Source: an uncultured Planctomycetales bacterium (GTDB lineage Bacteria; Omnitrophota; Gorgyraeia; Zapsychrales; Fredricksoniimonadaceae). From it: 64,000 nucleotides of DNA. The notes below the pieces were generated by a model. It had not been told where the DNA came from. It saw only the letters and a list, made by a program, of their open reading frames with translations, and did no database searches. How positions within the stretch are numbered: the first letter of the stretch is position 1; each line of letters starts with the position of its first letter. Location: NCBI GenBank assembly GCA_964438075.1, contig CAYTIW010000007.1, positions 1 through 64,000 of the forward strand. Direction: 5' to 3'. Below, piece after piece: positions 50,325 through 60,120 of the stretch. The translations under genes and the position numbers were made by a program.

Positions 50325-52395
50325 AGTGCCCTCTTTTCTTCAAAGATGTGCCATCGTAAAGAAAATACCGATATTCTCTGCCCTTAACTGGTTCAGGATA
50401 CAGAGCATTGCCCGGGATGGGGAGATGGTACGCTACAAAAAAGGCGACTTTGTTTCCATGAAGGGCAACCCTCCGGATTACGTCTTTTTTCTTATATCCG
50501 GCCGTTTACAGTCATATGCCTTGGATTCTGACGGTCACAAGGAAGATATAGAATTCATCCACCGGGGAATGTTCTTCGGTATCATTTCGGCTTTGACGGG
50601 CGAAGAACATTCACAGACCTTTGAGGCCATTAATGATTCCATGATATTCCGTGTCCCGGTAGGCCGTTTCCGCAAGATATTGAAACGGATCCCTGACTTG
50701 AGCGTAAAATTCAATCGTATCCTCTCTCAGCGCATCAGAAGCAAGGTCACCAAGACCAATCTTGTTTCGCAAAGCACCATCATTTCGGTTTACAGCCCTC
50801 TTTCGGGCTCAGGGGGCTCAACATATTCTCTAAATCTAGCTCTAGGTCTGCATAAAGAGAGCAAAGACCGTGTCATCTTGATCAGTATCCGTTCGATCAG
50901 GCCTCCCGAACGCAAGGATATATCGGCTTTTGACCAGGTCCGACCAAAGTGGAAAAGGGACCCCATTGATCTGTCAAGCCTGGTAGATAATTTCGATGAC
51001 ATAGCAGGTGCGGTGTCCCGCAGCGATCTGGGGATCGATCTGTTGAATGTGGTCTTTAAGCCTAATGATGTTGATCTCGTCCAGCATATAAGCGACTTCG
51101 TCAGCAGTTTCATCGATGTATACCGATATGTCATCGTTGACTTGCCGAGCGAGACTGACGACGTGGTCCTTAAAACACTTTCCCAGTCTGACTTTATCCA
51201 TCTGGTGATGGTGCGAAAGAAAGAAGCCTTGGAAATGGGCCGTATTATTCTTAACCGTCTGGAAGAAAGGCTGCAGGAATACTTTAATGAAGAGCGGGTA
51301 AGGGTCCTTATAAGCGGAGTACATGTTAAGAAAATGTCAGAAGAAGCGGTGCGCAGTATTATTGATTACGACGTACTGGCTTTTCTTCCGCATATACAGC
51401 ATAAAGACCTGGCTAACTTCATTGAAACGCCGGCCATTTCCTTCTGGGCCATTAACCAGGGAAGCGACTATTCTAAAACGCTGGCCAGAATTTCCCGCCA
51501 GATATCTGGCGTGTCCGTAGGAATAGTTTTTGGCGGGGGAGCTGCCTTTGGACTGGCGCACATTGGCGTGATCAAGGTTCTTGAGGAAGAAAGCATCCCT
51601 ATAGACATTATTATCGGCAGTTCCATGGGAGCGCTTATCGGTGGGCTGTGGGCTTTGGGCTATTCCGCTCATGAATTGGAGAAAATGGCCTATGAGTTCA
51701 GAAATAAGAAAGCGCTCGTTAGATTGCTTGATTTCGTTCTGTCAATTTCAGGTCTTATCAGTGGCAAAGCCATTATGGCTTGGCTCTACAGTAAGTTCCG
51801 AGACAGCACTTTCCATGATTTGAAAATACCATTGAAAATAGTTGCGTATGATCTTATCCATAGAAAAGATCTTATCATTGAGGACGGATTTCTGGTTGAT
51901 GCCATCAGGAAAAGCATATCAATACCAGGAGTATTCCAGCCAATAGTCACAGATGACCATTTGATCATTGATGGCGGCGTTATGAATCCGTTACCAACCA
52001 ATGTACTAAAATCGACCGATGTGAGAAAAATAATCGCCATCAATGTCCTGCAATCGCCAGATGACGTAATTAAAGGGTATCAGAAGACGCGCCAAGAGTT
52101 GAACAAGGCGCTAGACGTGCCCTTTTTAGTAGATCCCTGGAATTTTATAGATATACGCTTCAAATATTGGATTAATAAGATGTTCTATCCTAACATAACA
52201 GATATCATTGTTCGTACCTTGGAAGCATCGGAAGCGGTCATTGCCGATCAGAGCGCCAGAACGGCGGATATTTTAATACATCCGGATATGTCCGGTTTGC
52301 AGTGGTATGAGCTTTACCAGGTCGAAACGTTGATTAAAAGGGGTGAAGAGGCGGCCCGGGCTCAGATAGAGAAAATCAGGAATATAGCTCATTAA
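50317..52395 (+). CDS. Cyclic-nucleotide-binding domain protein fused to a patatin-like phospholipase (NTE-like), with a central degenerate P-loop-like module
   Basis: N-terminal cNMP-binding beta-barrel pattern (aa ~20-140). The middle segment IISVYSPLSGSGGSTYSLNLALGL...VIVDLPSE resembles a MinD/CpaE-type fold without the Walker Lys. The patatin domain has GGGAAFGLAHIGV, GSSMG (GxSxG) and IIDGG (catalytic Asp). Confidence 0.75.
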   Translation: MLKVPSFLQRCAIVKKIPIFSALNWFRIQSIARDGEMVRYKKGDFVSMKGNPPDYVFFLISGRLQSYALDSDGHKEDIEFIHRGMFFGIISALTGEEHSQTFEAINDSMIFRVPVGRFRKILKRIPDLSVKFNRILSQRIRSKVTKTNLVSQSTIISVYSPLSGSGGSTYSLNLALGLHKESKDRVILISIRSIRPPERKDISAFDQVRPKWKRDPIDLSSLVDNFDDIAGAVSRSDLGIDLLNVVFKPNDVDLVQHISDFVSSFIDVYRYVIVDLPSETDDVVLKTLSQSDFIHLVMVRKKEALEMGRIILNRLEERLQEYFNEERVRVLISGVHVKKMSEEAVRSIIDYDVLAFLPHIQHKDLANFIETPAISFWAINQGSDYSKTLARISRQISGVSVGIVFGGGAAFGLAHIGVIKVLEEESIPIDIIIGSSMGALIGGLWALGYSAHELEKMAYEFRNKKALVRLLDFVLSISGLISGKAIMAWLYSKFRDSTFHDLKIPLKIVAYDLIHRKDLIIEDGFLVDAIRKSISIPGVFQPIVTDDHLIIDGGVMNPLPTNVLKSTDVRKIIAINVLQSPDDVIKGYQKTRQELNKALDVPFLVDPWNFIDIRFKYWINKMFYPNITDIIVRTLEASEAVIADQSARTADILIHPDMSGLQWYELYQVETLIKRGEEAARAQIEKIRNIAH

Positions 52396-52580
52396 ACAAC
52401 ATGTAATTGGTCTAAGTCTTATGCAGTTGGTGATGCGGTAGTATCGTGCCGGAATCGGGATTATCCTTATAAAACTCCGGACATGTTTTTTACTTGTTCC
52501 TATACTTAAAGTTAACATAACATATATTATAGGAAGTTAGTAATCAAAAAAAGATGGCTCCTGCTTTTTTTGAAATGCAT

Positions 52581-53432
52581 TCATGGGCCATATATAATGC
52601 GAACAAAATTAGTCGAATTTGATATCACCGCTCTGCTGCCATATTCGAATTCATGCCATACATGGGCCCCATCAAGATAAATTCTTCCATTAGGCATTAA
52701 AGACATTATTCCTATTCTCTCGGCATCAAGTAAATCACCGGTCAATCGGTATTTTACCCCTTTCATGTGATACAATTCACGTGGTTTATATTGTATCATC
52801 CGGCTTTGTTCTGGCATTTGGGTGCCACCTGCTGATAAAATTGCACCCGTAGAGCCGGCCGCAGATGAGATCCAAATTCCTGAGTTTCGGTGCTCTTCAG
52901 CTATACCACCAATGGATATTCTGTATCGGCTCATGGCAGCTGGATTGGCATGACAGATAAGAACATCATTAAGGCATTCATAACACTTTCTTTGCGACCT
53001 ATTTGTTACGAGTATTTTAAGTTTATAAAGAGGCCTTATATCAGCTGTACTATGGATGATACTTTTTATTATTGGATTGAAGTTGCCTATATGAGCATGG
53101 CAAAATTTCCCCACGCTCCAGTTTGGATCAGAATTTACACCAAGCAATAATTGCTGCCGATCAATACCCCTTGCGACTTCCAGAAGAGTGCCATCACCCC
53201 CAACAGAGATTATTAAACCGTAACCTTTGTAATCTATATCAGGTTTGCGTGTTATTTTTTGATAAGGAAGGTCCAATGAAGCTAAAGATCTTTCAATGTA
53301 TTTTAAAGTTTCATTATGTTTTGAATGATTTCTCACGAAATTAGTAGCTTTTCTAAGCTTATCAGATAAATGTCCGGCCCCGGCAAGAAAACTCCGTTTG
53401 TAAACAACAAGTATTGGTAATTTTTTTTTCAT
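52581..53432 (-). CDS. nadK: NAD+ kinase (divergent)
   Basis: ISVGGDGTLL, LNDVLI, ISSAAGSTGAILSAGG. 4-nt ATGA overlap with the upstream HAD gene. Confidence 0.72.
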   Translation of the reverse strand: MKKKLPILVVYKRSFLAGAGHLSDKLRKATNFVRNHSKHNETLKYIERSLASLDLPYQKITRKPDIDYKGYGLIISVGGDGTLLEVARGIDRQQLLLGVNSDPNWSVGKFCHAHIGNFNPIIKSIIHSTADIRPLYKLKILVTNRSQRKCYECLNDVLICHANPAAMSRYRISIGGIAEEHRNSGIWISSAAGSTGAILSAGGTQMPEQSRMIQYKPRELYHMKGVKYRLTGDLLDAERIGIMSLMPNGRIYLDGAHVWHEFEYGSRAVISNSTNFVRIIYGP

Positions 53433-54088
53433 ATTTTATAGCGACTTATTATAAAGTTTCTCAAGGATGCGAAGTCATGGAACACGAGGTCTGCCCTTTT
53501 AAGGTATTGTTTTGGTAATGATGTTTCAAGGGCAAAACATGTAAGCCCTGCAGCTTTGGCCGATTTAATACCCAGCGGAGCATTCTCGATGACAACAACC
53601 GTGTCCGGAGGTACTCTGATGGCTTTTATGGCTTTTTGATAGGGATACGGGTGCGGTTTCCCAAGTATAACATCATCCCCGCAAATAATTACGGAAAAAC
53701 ATTTCAGCAGTTTCTCAGACAATACGTTATTTATTTCTCGTCGGGAACTGCCTGTCACCAGCGCTAAAATAATATTTCTTCTGAATAGCATCTTTACAAA
53801 AGACCGGGCCCCAACAATAAACCGGGGTCTGAAGATTGTTTCAAATAACCGTTCTTTCTTTAAAAGCATGTTTTGGGCCATTTTTTTTGAGAATGGCCTA
53901 TCATATTGGTCAAATATTTCCCGTATACTAACTATTCCTTTCTGACCTTCTCTTTTATAGATTTCATGCGGCGTTATTTGTATGCCTTCTTCGTGAAAGA
54001 TCTTATGCCAAGCACGGCAATGAAAGGACATGGTATCGGTTATTACACCATCCATGTCGAAAATAACAGCTTTTAGCGAATCAACCAT
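53429..54088 (-). CDS. HAD-superfamily hydrolase (beta-phosphoglucomutase-like subfamily IA)
   Basis: Motif I VIFDMDGVITDT; motif II LVTGS; motif IV ENAPLGIKSAKAAG. Confidence 0.8.
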   Translation of the reverse strand: MVDSLKAVIFDMDGVITDTMSFHCRAWHKIFHEEGIQITPHEIYKREGQKGIVSIREIFDQYDRPFSKKMAQNMLLKKERLFETIFRPRFIVGARSFVKMLFRRNIILALVTGSSRREINNVLSEKLLKCFSVIICGDDVILGKPHPYPYQKAIKAIRVPPDTVVVIENAPLGIKSAKAAGLTCFALETSLPKQYLKRADLVFHDFASLRNFIISRYKI

Positions 54089-54125
54089 GGGAAATCATTA
54101 TTCCAGGAGGGCAAATACAACTTTA

Positions 54126-54629
54126 TTATTTATTTTGGTTTCTTCTAGATTCGTTCCTCTTCCTTATAGCTTCCATTTTTTGTCTTCGTGCTTCAACAAT
54201 ATGTTGTAATTTTAGCCTACGGGCTTCTTTTTCGGTTCTTTTACGAATTTCTTTGGCTTCTTCTCTTTGGCGTTTTGTTTCTAGGTTTTGAATTCTTTGC
54301 TTCTCTTTGTTTTCGATTGTCTTCTTTTCAGCATCTTTCCTTTCAAGCCAAAGCTGTCTTTCCTGGCTGCGGATCCTTTTTTGTTCGGCTCTTTCATCGA
54401 GAAAGCTGCATTGCTCATCAAAAGTTGCGTCAGCCCAAGCTTGTCCGGTGGCAAGCATAAATTGTTGGCGAAAAGGCAAGGGGATATTAACCAGTTCAAC
54501 ACCGTATATCTTTTCCCATTTTGACAATTGATCCTCTTGTGGAGCCTCTTCAGAGGGTGATTCTTGCCCCCAAATCGGTTGACACAAAAAGACGAAGAAA
54601 ATGGCTATCAATAGACTTTTTTTCAGCAT
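54126..54629 (-). CDS. Secreted K/E/R-rich coiled-coil protein, function unknown
   Basis: Start taken at MLKKSLLIAIFFVFLCQPIWG (AAGGAA upstream). The C-terminal half is highly charged (EQKRIRSQERQLWLERKDAEKK...). Confidence 0.5.
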   Translation of the reverse strand: MLKKSLLIAIFFVFLCQPIWGQESPSEEAPQEDQLSKWEKIYGVELVNIPLPFRQQFMLATGQAWADATFDEQCSFLDERAEQKRIRSQERQLWLERKDAEKKTIENKEKQRIQNLETKRQREEAKEIRKRTEKEARRLKLQHIVEARRQKMEAIRKRNESRRNQNK

Positions 54630-54707
54630 TTTAATTCCTTTGATCCAGATATAAGTATAACATAACTTGAAAAAAGTAAAAAATCGCAAATCAATAACGG
54701 GTGTTTT

Positions 54708-55490
54708 TTAAAACACGTCAACCGTTGTTGCATCCTTGACGTATATGACAATATTATCGGAGGATGTGATATCTTCCGTGGCTGTATTGTTTTTCCATTT
54801 AGCTATTACATTGATACTCTGTGGGCCGAGTATTGAATTTTTAGGAATATTCAGGTCATAAACGTTATCTAGAGTTGGATAGTGATCTTCATAAGTATAG
54901 TCAAAGGAATCAATGATAATGCCATCTGGCACCCTCGGGCCCGTAACAAGCACATTTAGGTGTATCAGCCTTCCTCTCTCGACCACAGCACCATTCTCCG
55001 GGACAATTATACGTATGGACGATTTAATATCATCATTCTTGGATCCCGCTAGCGGGATGCTTATCTCCCCTGCTCCCATACCCAAAGACAGGCCATCAAA
55101 ACGGAGTATGGCCTTTGGGGCTTTGGCTACCGGTAGCTCAAAAGCGAGTTTGATTGTGAATGTTTGGTTGGGATAAACACTTTGTTTTGTTGATAATTTT
55201 GAATGCTCGCTGGACGATAGGATACGGGCATATGAATTTCCGAATTCATCCCGTAAATAGAAACCAAGTTTGTCAGTGATGTCTAACTTCAGGTTGTCAG
55301 TAGAATTATAAATTATAAAATCCAAAGATAAGAAAGGAGGTTCACTGTCACCGGAGTTCTTTATAATTATATTATCAACGTGAAATTCAATGCCATTGAT
55401 TTTAATAGGAGCAGCTAGTAAGGAGCACGTGTTGAGGCAAATAATAAAAAAGACCAAAAGAAGGTTTCTGTATGTTTTTTTCATATTCAA
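54708..55490 (-). CDS. Secreted beta-rich hypothetical protein
   Basis: 260-aa ORF with a signal peptide (LLLVFFIICLNTCSLLAAP). No motif recognised. Confidence 0.5.
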   Translation of the reverse strand: MNMKKTYRNLLLVFFIICLNTCSLLAAPIKINGIEFHVDNIIIKNSGDSEPPFLSLDFIIYNSTDNLKLDITDKLGFYLRDEFGNSYARILSSSEHSKLSTKQSVYPNQTFTIKLAFELPVAKAPKAILRFDGLSLGMGAGEISIPLAGSKNDDIKSSIRIIVPENGAVVERGRLIHLNVLVTGPRVPDGIIIDSFDYTYEDHYPTLDNVYDLNIPKNSILGPQSINVIAKWKNNTATEDITSSDNIVIYVKDATTVDVF

Positions 55491-55553
55491 TGAATAAATT
55501 TTAGCCTATTATAGAAAATAAATAAAATATAAACACGGATTTTGTATCTTTGT

Positions 55554-56171
55554 ATGATTGTCATGCCCCCCAATCCCCTGCTCCATGTTTGTTGTGCTCC
55601 GTGTAGCGGACCTGTCATAGAAAAGATGTTGATAAAAGGCGCCCGCCCCACGATTTTATTTTATAATCCCAATATCCACCCGGTAGAGGAATATGAATAT
55701 AGAAAGGTATCCGTTATCAATTACGCTAAAAAGGTCGGGCTCAACTTTATCGATCTTGATTATGATACTGAAGTATGGTTTGAACGTGTCAAGGGTTTGG
55801 AAAATGAACCAGAACGCGGACGCCGATGTTCGATTTGTTTTGATATAAGGTTGGAACGCACGGCATTATATGCTCAGGAGAATGGGTTCCAATACTTTGC
55901 TACCAGTAATGGCATTGCCAACCAGAAAGACATGGATCAGGTAAATCAAAGCGGGCTGCTTGCCGCCTCGCGGTACCCCGGGGTTTACTTTATGCCAATA
56001 GATTGGCGTGAAGAAGGCGGAATCCAAAGGATATCAGTTATAGCGAAAAAGGAACGTTTTTATAAACAAGAGTACTGCGGATGCGTTTTTTCATTAAGAT
56101 CCAGAAATGAGCAACGAAGATCAAAAGGGCTTTCAGACATTAGCCCTGGGACGAAATATTTTATGCCTTGA
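55554..56171 (+). CDS. queH: Epoxyqueuosine reductase QueH (DUF208)
   Basis: LLHVCCAPCS, CSICFDIRL, and YCGCVFS motifs. The start is ambiguous (55542 TTG, 55554 or 55563 ATG). Confidence 0.8.
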   Translation: MIVMPPNPLLHVCCAPCSGPVIEKMLIKGARPTILFYNPNIHPVEEYEYRKVSVINYAKKVGLNFIDLDYDTEVWFERVKGLENEPERGRRCSICFDIRLERTALYAQENGFQYFATSNGIANQKDMDQVNQSGLLAASRYPGVYFMPIDWREEGGIQRISVIAKKERFYKQEYCGCVFSLRSRNEQRRSKGLSDISPGTKYFMP

Positions 56172-56268
56172 ATGACCGATTCCTAGATTTGAGTTCTAAA
56201 ACAATGTAAGCGGGGTCCCTTCATTTCAGGCCAATGAAGAAATGATTTGAATCCACAGTATTATCAAT

Positions 56269-56305
56269 AAAAAACCCTGTATCTAGTTGATGATACAGGG
56301 TTTTT
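56269..56305. terminator. Bidirectional rho-independent terminator
   Basis: CCCTGTATC (56275-56283) pairs with GATACAGGG (56292-56300) around an 8-nt loop, with an A6 run on the left and a T5 run on the right. Confidence 0.75.
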
Positions 56306-56326
56306 ATTCTTGAATTGATACGGATA

Positions 56327-56416
56327 TCAGATCAAAATATCAATATTATCCCAACCGAATATTTCACGCTGAGCCTGGTTGACCTTAATTGGCTTGTCTT
56401 CCTTCCATTCTCCCAT
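56327..56416 (-). CDS. Candidate small ORF (29 aa, MGEWKEDKPIKVNQAQREIFGWDNIDILI)
   Basis: Not in the ORF track because it is under 60 aa. There is a GGAGG 5 nt upstream of the ATG (56414-56416 on the minus strand). The stop lies 22 nt before the bidirectional terminator, and an AT-rich region is upstream. Confidence 0.3.
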   Translation of the reverse strand: MGEWKEDKPIKVNQAQREIFGWDNIDILI

Positions 56417-56624
56417 ATAAACCTCCTATTTCTTTAATGTAAATAGGTGTTTATCACCCGTTGTTTGTTTAAATATACACTAATTCCTAATATGTGCCAA
56501 TCTTTTTTTATCAATGATATTGTTACGCTCTGCTAAAAGAAAATAATATCAACAATTTATTTCTTAAAATTTCATATTATAATTCTACGAAATCATTTAC
56601 ATAAAGTTGGAAAGGAAATCGACA

Positions 56625-57992
56625 ATGCCAGCTGCTTTGGAGAAATACGCACATAAGCTTGTAAAAAAGATCCGTTTTCGTATACCAGATATACCAGGAG
56701 CTTTGGGACGTTTGGCATCAACTCTGGGAGCTCAGGGAGCGGTACTGGGAGACATTGTGACGGAGAATGTTACGTCCAATTACATAATCCGTGACATCAC
56801 GATATATTTTGACACCAAGGAAGAACTTGATGCCGCTCTTTCCGCAGCCCGTAAACTAAAAGGATACAAGATACTGGATGTTAAAGATGAAGTCCTGAGC
56901 ATACACCAAGGAGGGAAGATCGCGATCATACCTCGGGTCAAGGTGGAGACCCTAAGCGACCTGCGTATGATATATACTCCTGGGGTGGCTCAGGTCTGTC
57001 ATCATATTGCCAAAGTTCCTGGTGATGCCCGAAATTATACTTCCATAGGGAACACTGTTTGTATAGCTACCAATGGATCCGCTGTGCTTGGACTGGGTGA
57101 TATAGGTGTACTGGCTGCCATGCCGGTGATGGAAGGAAAATCACTTATACTTGGCCGCTTCTCCGGTGTCAGCTGCGTGCCGCTGTTGCTGGATAGTGAT
57201 GATCCTAAAACCATTGTAGATGCTTTGGCAACCTTAGCCAAGACATTCAGCGTTATTATGCTGGAAGACATTAGTGCTCCCCTTTGTTTTGAAGTAGAAA
57301 AGCAACTCCAGCAACGTGTCGATATCCCGGTCTTCCATGACGATCAGCATGGAACGGCCGTTGTGATCCTAGCCGCCCTTATCAAAAGTTTGAAGATGGT
57401 AAGAAAAAAGAAAGAGACAGTGCGCATCGTGATAAACGGTGCCGGAGCCGCTGGTATGGCTGCTTGCCTGTTGCTTTTGGAATATGGTTTTAAGAATATA
57501 ATCCTCTGCGACCGCAACGGAGCCATTTACCAAGGACGCAAAGAAGGAATGAATCCATATAAGGAAGAGATATCTCTGGTCAGCAATAACAAGAAGATAG
57601 CCGGTCCCTTGCCAGCCGTAATGGCGGGGGCTGACGTTTTCATTGGAGTATCGTCTGCCGGTCTGGTCAAGCCGGCCATGGTAAAGTCTATGGCTAATAA
57701 GGCGATAGTTTTCGGCCTGGCCAATCCTGTACCGGAAATATGGCCTAAAGACGCCCTGGCGGCAGGTGCTGCCCTAGCCATGGACGGCCGGACCATAAAT
57801 AATGCTCTTGCTTTTCCTGGGCTTATCCGGGGTGCCATTGATGCCCAGGCGAAGCGCATTACCTATTCGATGAAGTTCGCCGCTGCCGAGACGCTGGCTT
57901 CCCTGGCCGGCAAGAATGAGCTGGTCCCCAACTTCATGCATATGGCTGTTCATGAGAAAGTAGCCGAAGCGGTCAAGGCAGCCGTAAGCTAA
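56625..57992 (+). CDS. NAD(P)-dependent malic enzyme with an N-terminal ACT domain
   Basis: Start taken at MPAALEKY. ACT-like ~75 aa (IPDIPGALGRLASTLG), then IYTPGVA, FHDDQHGTA, and the Rossmann motif INGAGAAG. Confidence 0.85.
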   Translation: MPAALEKYAHKLVKKIRFRIPDIPGALGRLASTLGAQGAVLGDIVTENVTSNYIIRDITIYFDTKEELDAALSAARKLKGYKILDVKDEVLSIHQGGKIAIIPRVKVETLSDLRMIYTPGVAQVCHHIAKVPGDARNYTSIGNTVCIATNGSAVLGLGDIGVLAAMPVMEGKSLILGRFSGVSCVPLLLDSDDPKTIVDALATLAKTFSVIMLEDISAPLCFEVEKQLQQRVDIPVFHDDQHGTAVVILAALIKSLKMVRKKKETVRIVINGAGAAGMAACLLLLEYGFKNIILCDRNGAIYQGRKEGMNPYKEEISLVSNNKKIAGPLPAVMAGADVFIGVSSAGLVKPAMVKSMANKAIVFGLANPVPEIWPKDALAAGAALAMDGRTINNALAFPGLIRGAIDAQAKRITYSMKFAAAETLASLAGKNELVPNFMHMAVHEKVAEAVKAAVS

Positions 57993-58054
57993 AAAAGGTT
58001 TGCGTAACGTTTTCTTGCGAGCGCAGTTCATCCTCGTAAAACGTGCTGGTCTGT

Positions 58055-59470
58055 TCAGGCTCCTAAAAGTGCTGCTGCCTGTTTTAGAAGATCATTCAGG
58101 AATGGCGGGATATAAAGACCGAGTATCAAGACGATAAGGGCCAGCAGCAAGATCGGCATGACCATGGGCACGGTTTCCTTTCTGGAATGGGCCATGGTCT
58201 CTGGCGGCAAGCCTTGGATCATTCTCAAAATAATGTCCGCCACACCCAGGAAGATCAGCCCCAGGAAAATAACAAACAACACAGCGACCACATAATTCCC
58301 TTTGGTGATCGCTGAATATAAAATGATAAGCTCGCTCAAGAAGGTGCCGAACGGAGGCGCACCCGTAACAGCCAGGAAGCCGGCTAAAAGCAGGATGCCA
58401 GTAACCGGGTATGAACGAAGGGCTCCGCGCACGTCTTTTACCTTTTTGCTGTGATATTGTTTGTAAAGGTTCCCCGTGACGAGGAAGACAAAACCCTTGG
58501 TGAAGGCATTGTTCACCAGATGCAAGAGGCTCCCGTATATCCCTACCCCACCAAGGCCGATACCAATAGCCAGGATCCCCATGTGCTCAACGCTGGAATA
58601 GGCCAGCATCCTTTTATAATCGGTCTGCCCTAGGATAAAAACATACGCGATACCCATGGAAGTGAGCCCTAGCACTATCAGCATGGAAGAAAAGAACTGA
58701 TCCTGCCCCGCTGCGTGACAGATCTGGGCCACTCTCAGGATACTTAGGAATGCGCAGTTCAACAGACAACCTGACAGCAAGGCAGAGATAGGTGAAGGCG
58801 CCTGCGAATGGGCATCCGGCAGCCAGGAATGCATCGGGGCCAACCCCATTTTGGTCCCACAGCCGATCAAAAGAAAAATGGCGCTGATCTTAAGCCACGG
58901 TAAGGAAAGTTCTGAGGCCTGAGTTAGAAGTTTATCCAGAAGAAGTGTTTGCACATTCATGGCTGATACCGCCAGGAAATATGTACCGAGCAGGGCCAAT
59001 GCTATCCCAACCAGACAGATCATCAGGAACTTCCAGGAAGCTTCAATGCTTTGCCTCGTCTTTTCAAAATTGATCAAAGGTACGCTGGCCAAGGTAGTGG
59101 CCTCTATTCCGATCAGCAGGATCCCGAAATGCCGGCTGATAACGACCAGGGTGATAAAGGATAGGAACGATAATAAGACGCTGACGAATATCCTGTGAGG
59201 CATATCTTCGACTTCCTCGAAATAATCCAGTAGATAAAAAGCTACCATGAGGAACAGAAAGCTCACTACCGAAAGGACCAGAAGACCCAAAGCATCGACC
59301 GCCAGGAACCCGTTGAACGCCGCTGCCGGGGTCTTGCTCCAGAAAGTGATCACACTGGTAAAATGTGCCAGAGCGACCAGAAAAAGCACTCGCTGTCTTG
59401 TTGTTTTGCACGGTAGCAGCAACGTGAGTCCGCCGGCAATTAAAGGAAGGAAAAGCACGAATAACAACAT
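58055..59470 (-). CDS. Antiporter-like proton-conducting membrane subunit (HyfF/NuoN/MrpD family)
   Basis: 471-aa polytopic protein. It carries the family-typical segment GLAPMHSWLPDAHSQAPSPISALLSG and sits in a Hyf-like gene cluster. Confidence 0.75.
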   Translation of the reverse strand: MLLFVLFLPLIAGGLTLLLPCKTTRQRVLFLVALAHFTSVITFWSKTPAAAFNGFLAVDALGLLVLSVVSFLFLMVAFYLLDYFEEVEDMPHRIFVSVLLSFLSFITLVVISRHFGILLIGIEATTLASVPLINFEKTRQSIEASWKFLMICLVGIALALLGTYFLAVSAMNVQTLLLDKLLTQASELSLPWLKISAIFLLIGCGTKMGLAPMHSWLPDAHSQAPSPISALLSGCLLNCAFLSILRVAQICHAAGQDQFFSSMLIVLGLTSMGIAYVFILGQTDYKRMLAYSSVEHMGILAIGIGLGGVGIYGSLLHLVNNAFTKGFVFLVTGNLYKQYHSKKVKDVRGALRSYPVTGILLLAGFLAVTGAPPFGTFLSELIILYSAITKGNYVVAVLFVIFLGLIFLGVADIILRMIQGLPPETMAHSRKETVPMVMPILLLALIVLILGLYIPPFLNDLLKQAAALLGA

Positions 59471-59473
59471 ATA

Positions 59474-60118
59474 TCAATCCTTTAGAGTGGTCAGGTGGCG
59501 AGTGTCCGTGGTCTCGAACTCTTCACTTATGTGATCTACCACTATCCCCATGACCAGAACCGCGATAAAAAGGTCCAGAATGATCCCCATTTCGACCAGA
59601 AAAGGCATCTTTTTTAAAAGCAAGATGGCAAAGAGAAAGATGCCGTTCTCCAAGACCAGATAACCGACCACCTGGCTGATCGCCTTATTGCGGCCGACCA
59701 GGAGCAAAAAGCCTAAGATCACCAGCAGAAAGGAAGTCGGGATAAGCATGCCGGATATCCCGGCCACAGGAAAGACCAGCCTGGAGGCCAGCAAGAAGGA
59801 CCCGATTATAGCCAGGCCGCACAAAAAGAATACCCGGCCAAAACCTATGACCGGATTGATCTCACTGCGAACGGAAACATGCCGGATCGCCCAAAAAAGG
59901 AAATAAGGCATCAGAAAGCCTCTCAAGATAATAGTAGCCGCAGAAACTATAATGATATGGATCTCCAGGTCGTTAAAATACATAAAGAACGGAACGGTCC
60001 CCAGGACGCACGACTGGAGCCCCAGGATCTGTATCATGGTCCCTAACCGTCGGCTGCCGACTATCAGCAGCCCGAGCATGACGATCAGTATCAAGATCGC
60101 TTCCAGCCACGCATTCAT
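59474..60118 (-). CDS. HyfE-like small membrane subunit
   Basis: 214 aa with ~7 TM segments, and AISQVVGYLVLENGIFLFA resembling the HyfE/NuoK-related core. Its size matches HyfE. Confidence 0.62.
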   Translation of the reverse strand: MNAWLEAILILIVMLGLLIVGSRRLGTMIQILGLQSCVLGTVPFFMYFNDLEIHIIIVSAATIILRGFLMPYFLFWAIRHVSVRSEINPVIGFGRVFFLCGLAIIGSFLLASRLVFPVAGISGMLIPTSFLLVILGFLLLVGRNKAISQVVGYLVLENGIFLFAILLLKKMPFLVEMGIILDLFIAVLVMGIVVDHISEEFETTDTRHLTTLKD

Positions 60119-60120
60119 TG

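Noticed and set aside
57993-58054. ACGTTTT...AAAACGT inverted repeat between the convergent malic-enzyme and hyfF-like genes as a terminator
   Set aside because: The arms are only 7 nt, separated by about 24 nt, with no flanking U-run. It is not convincing.
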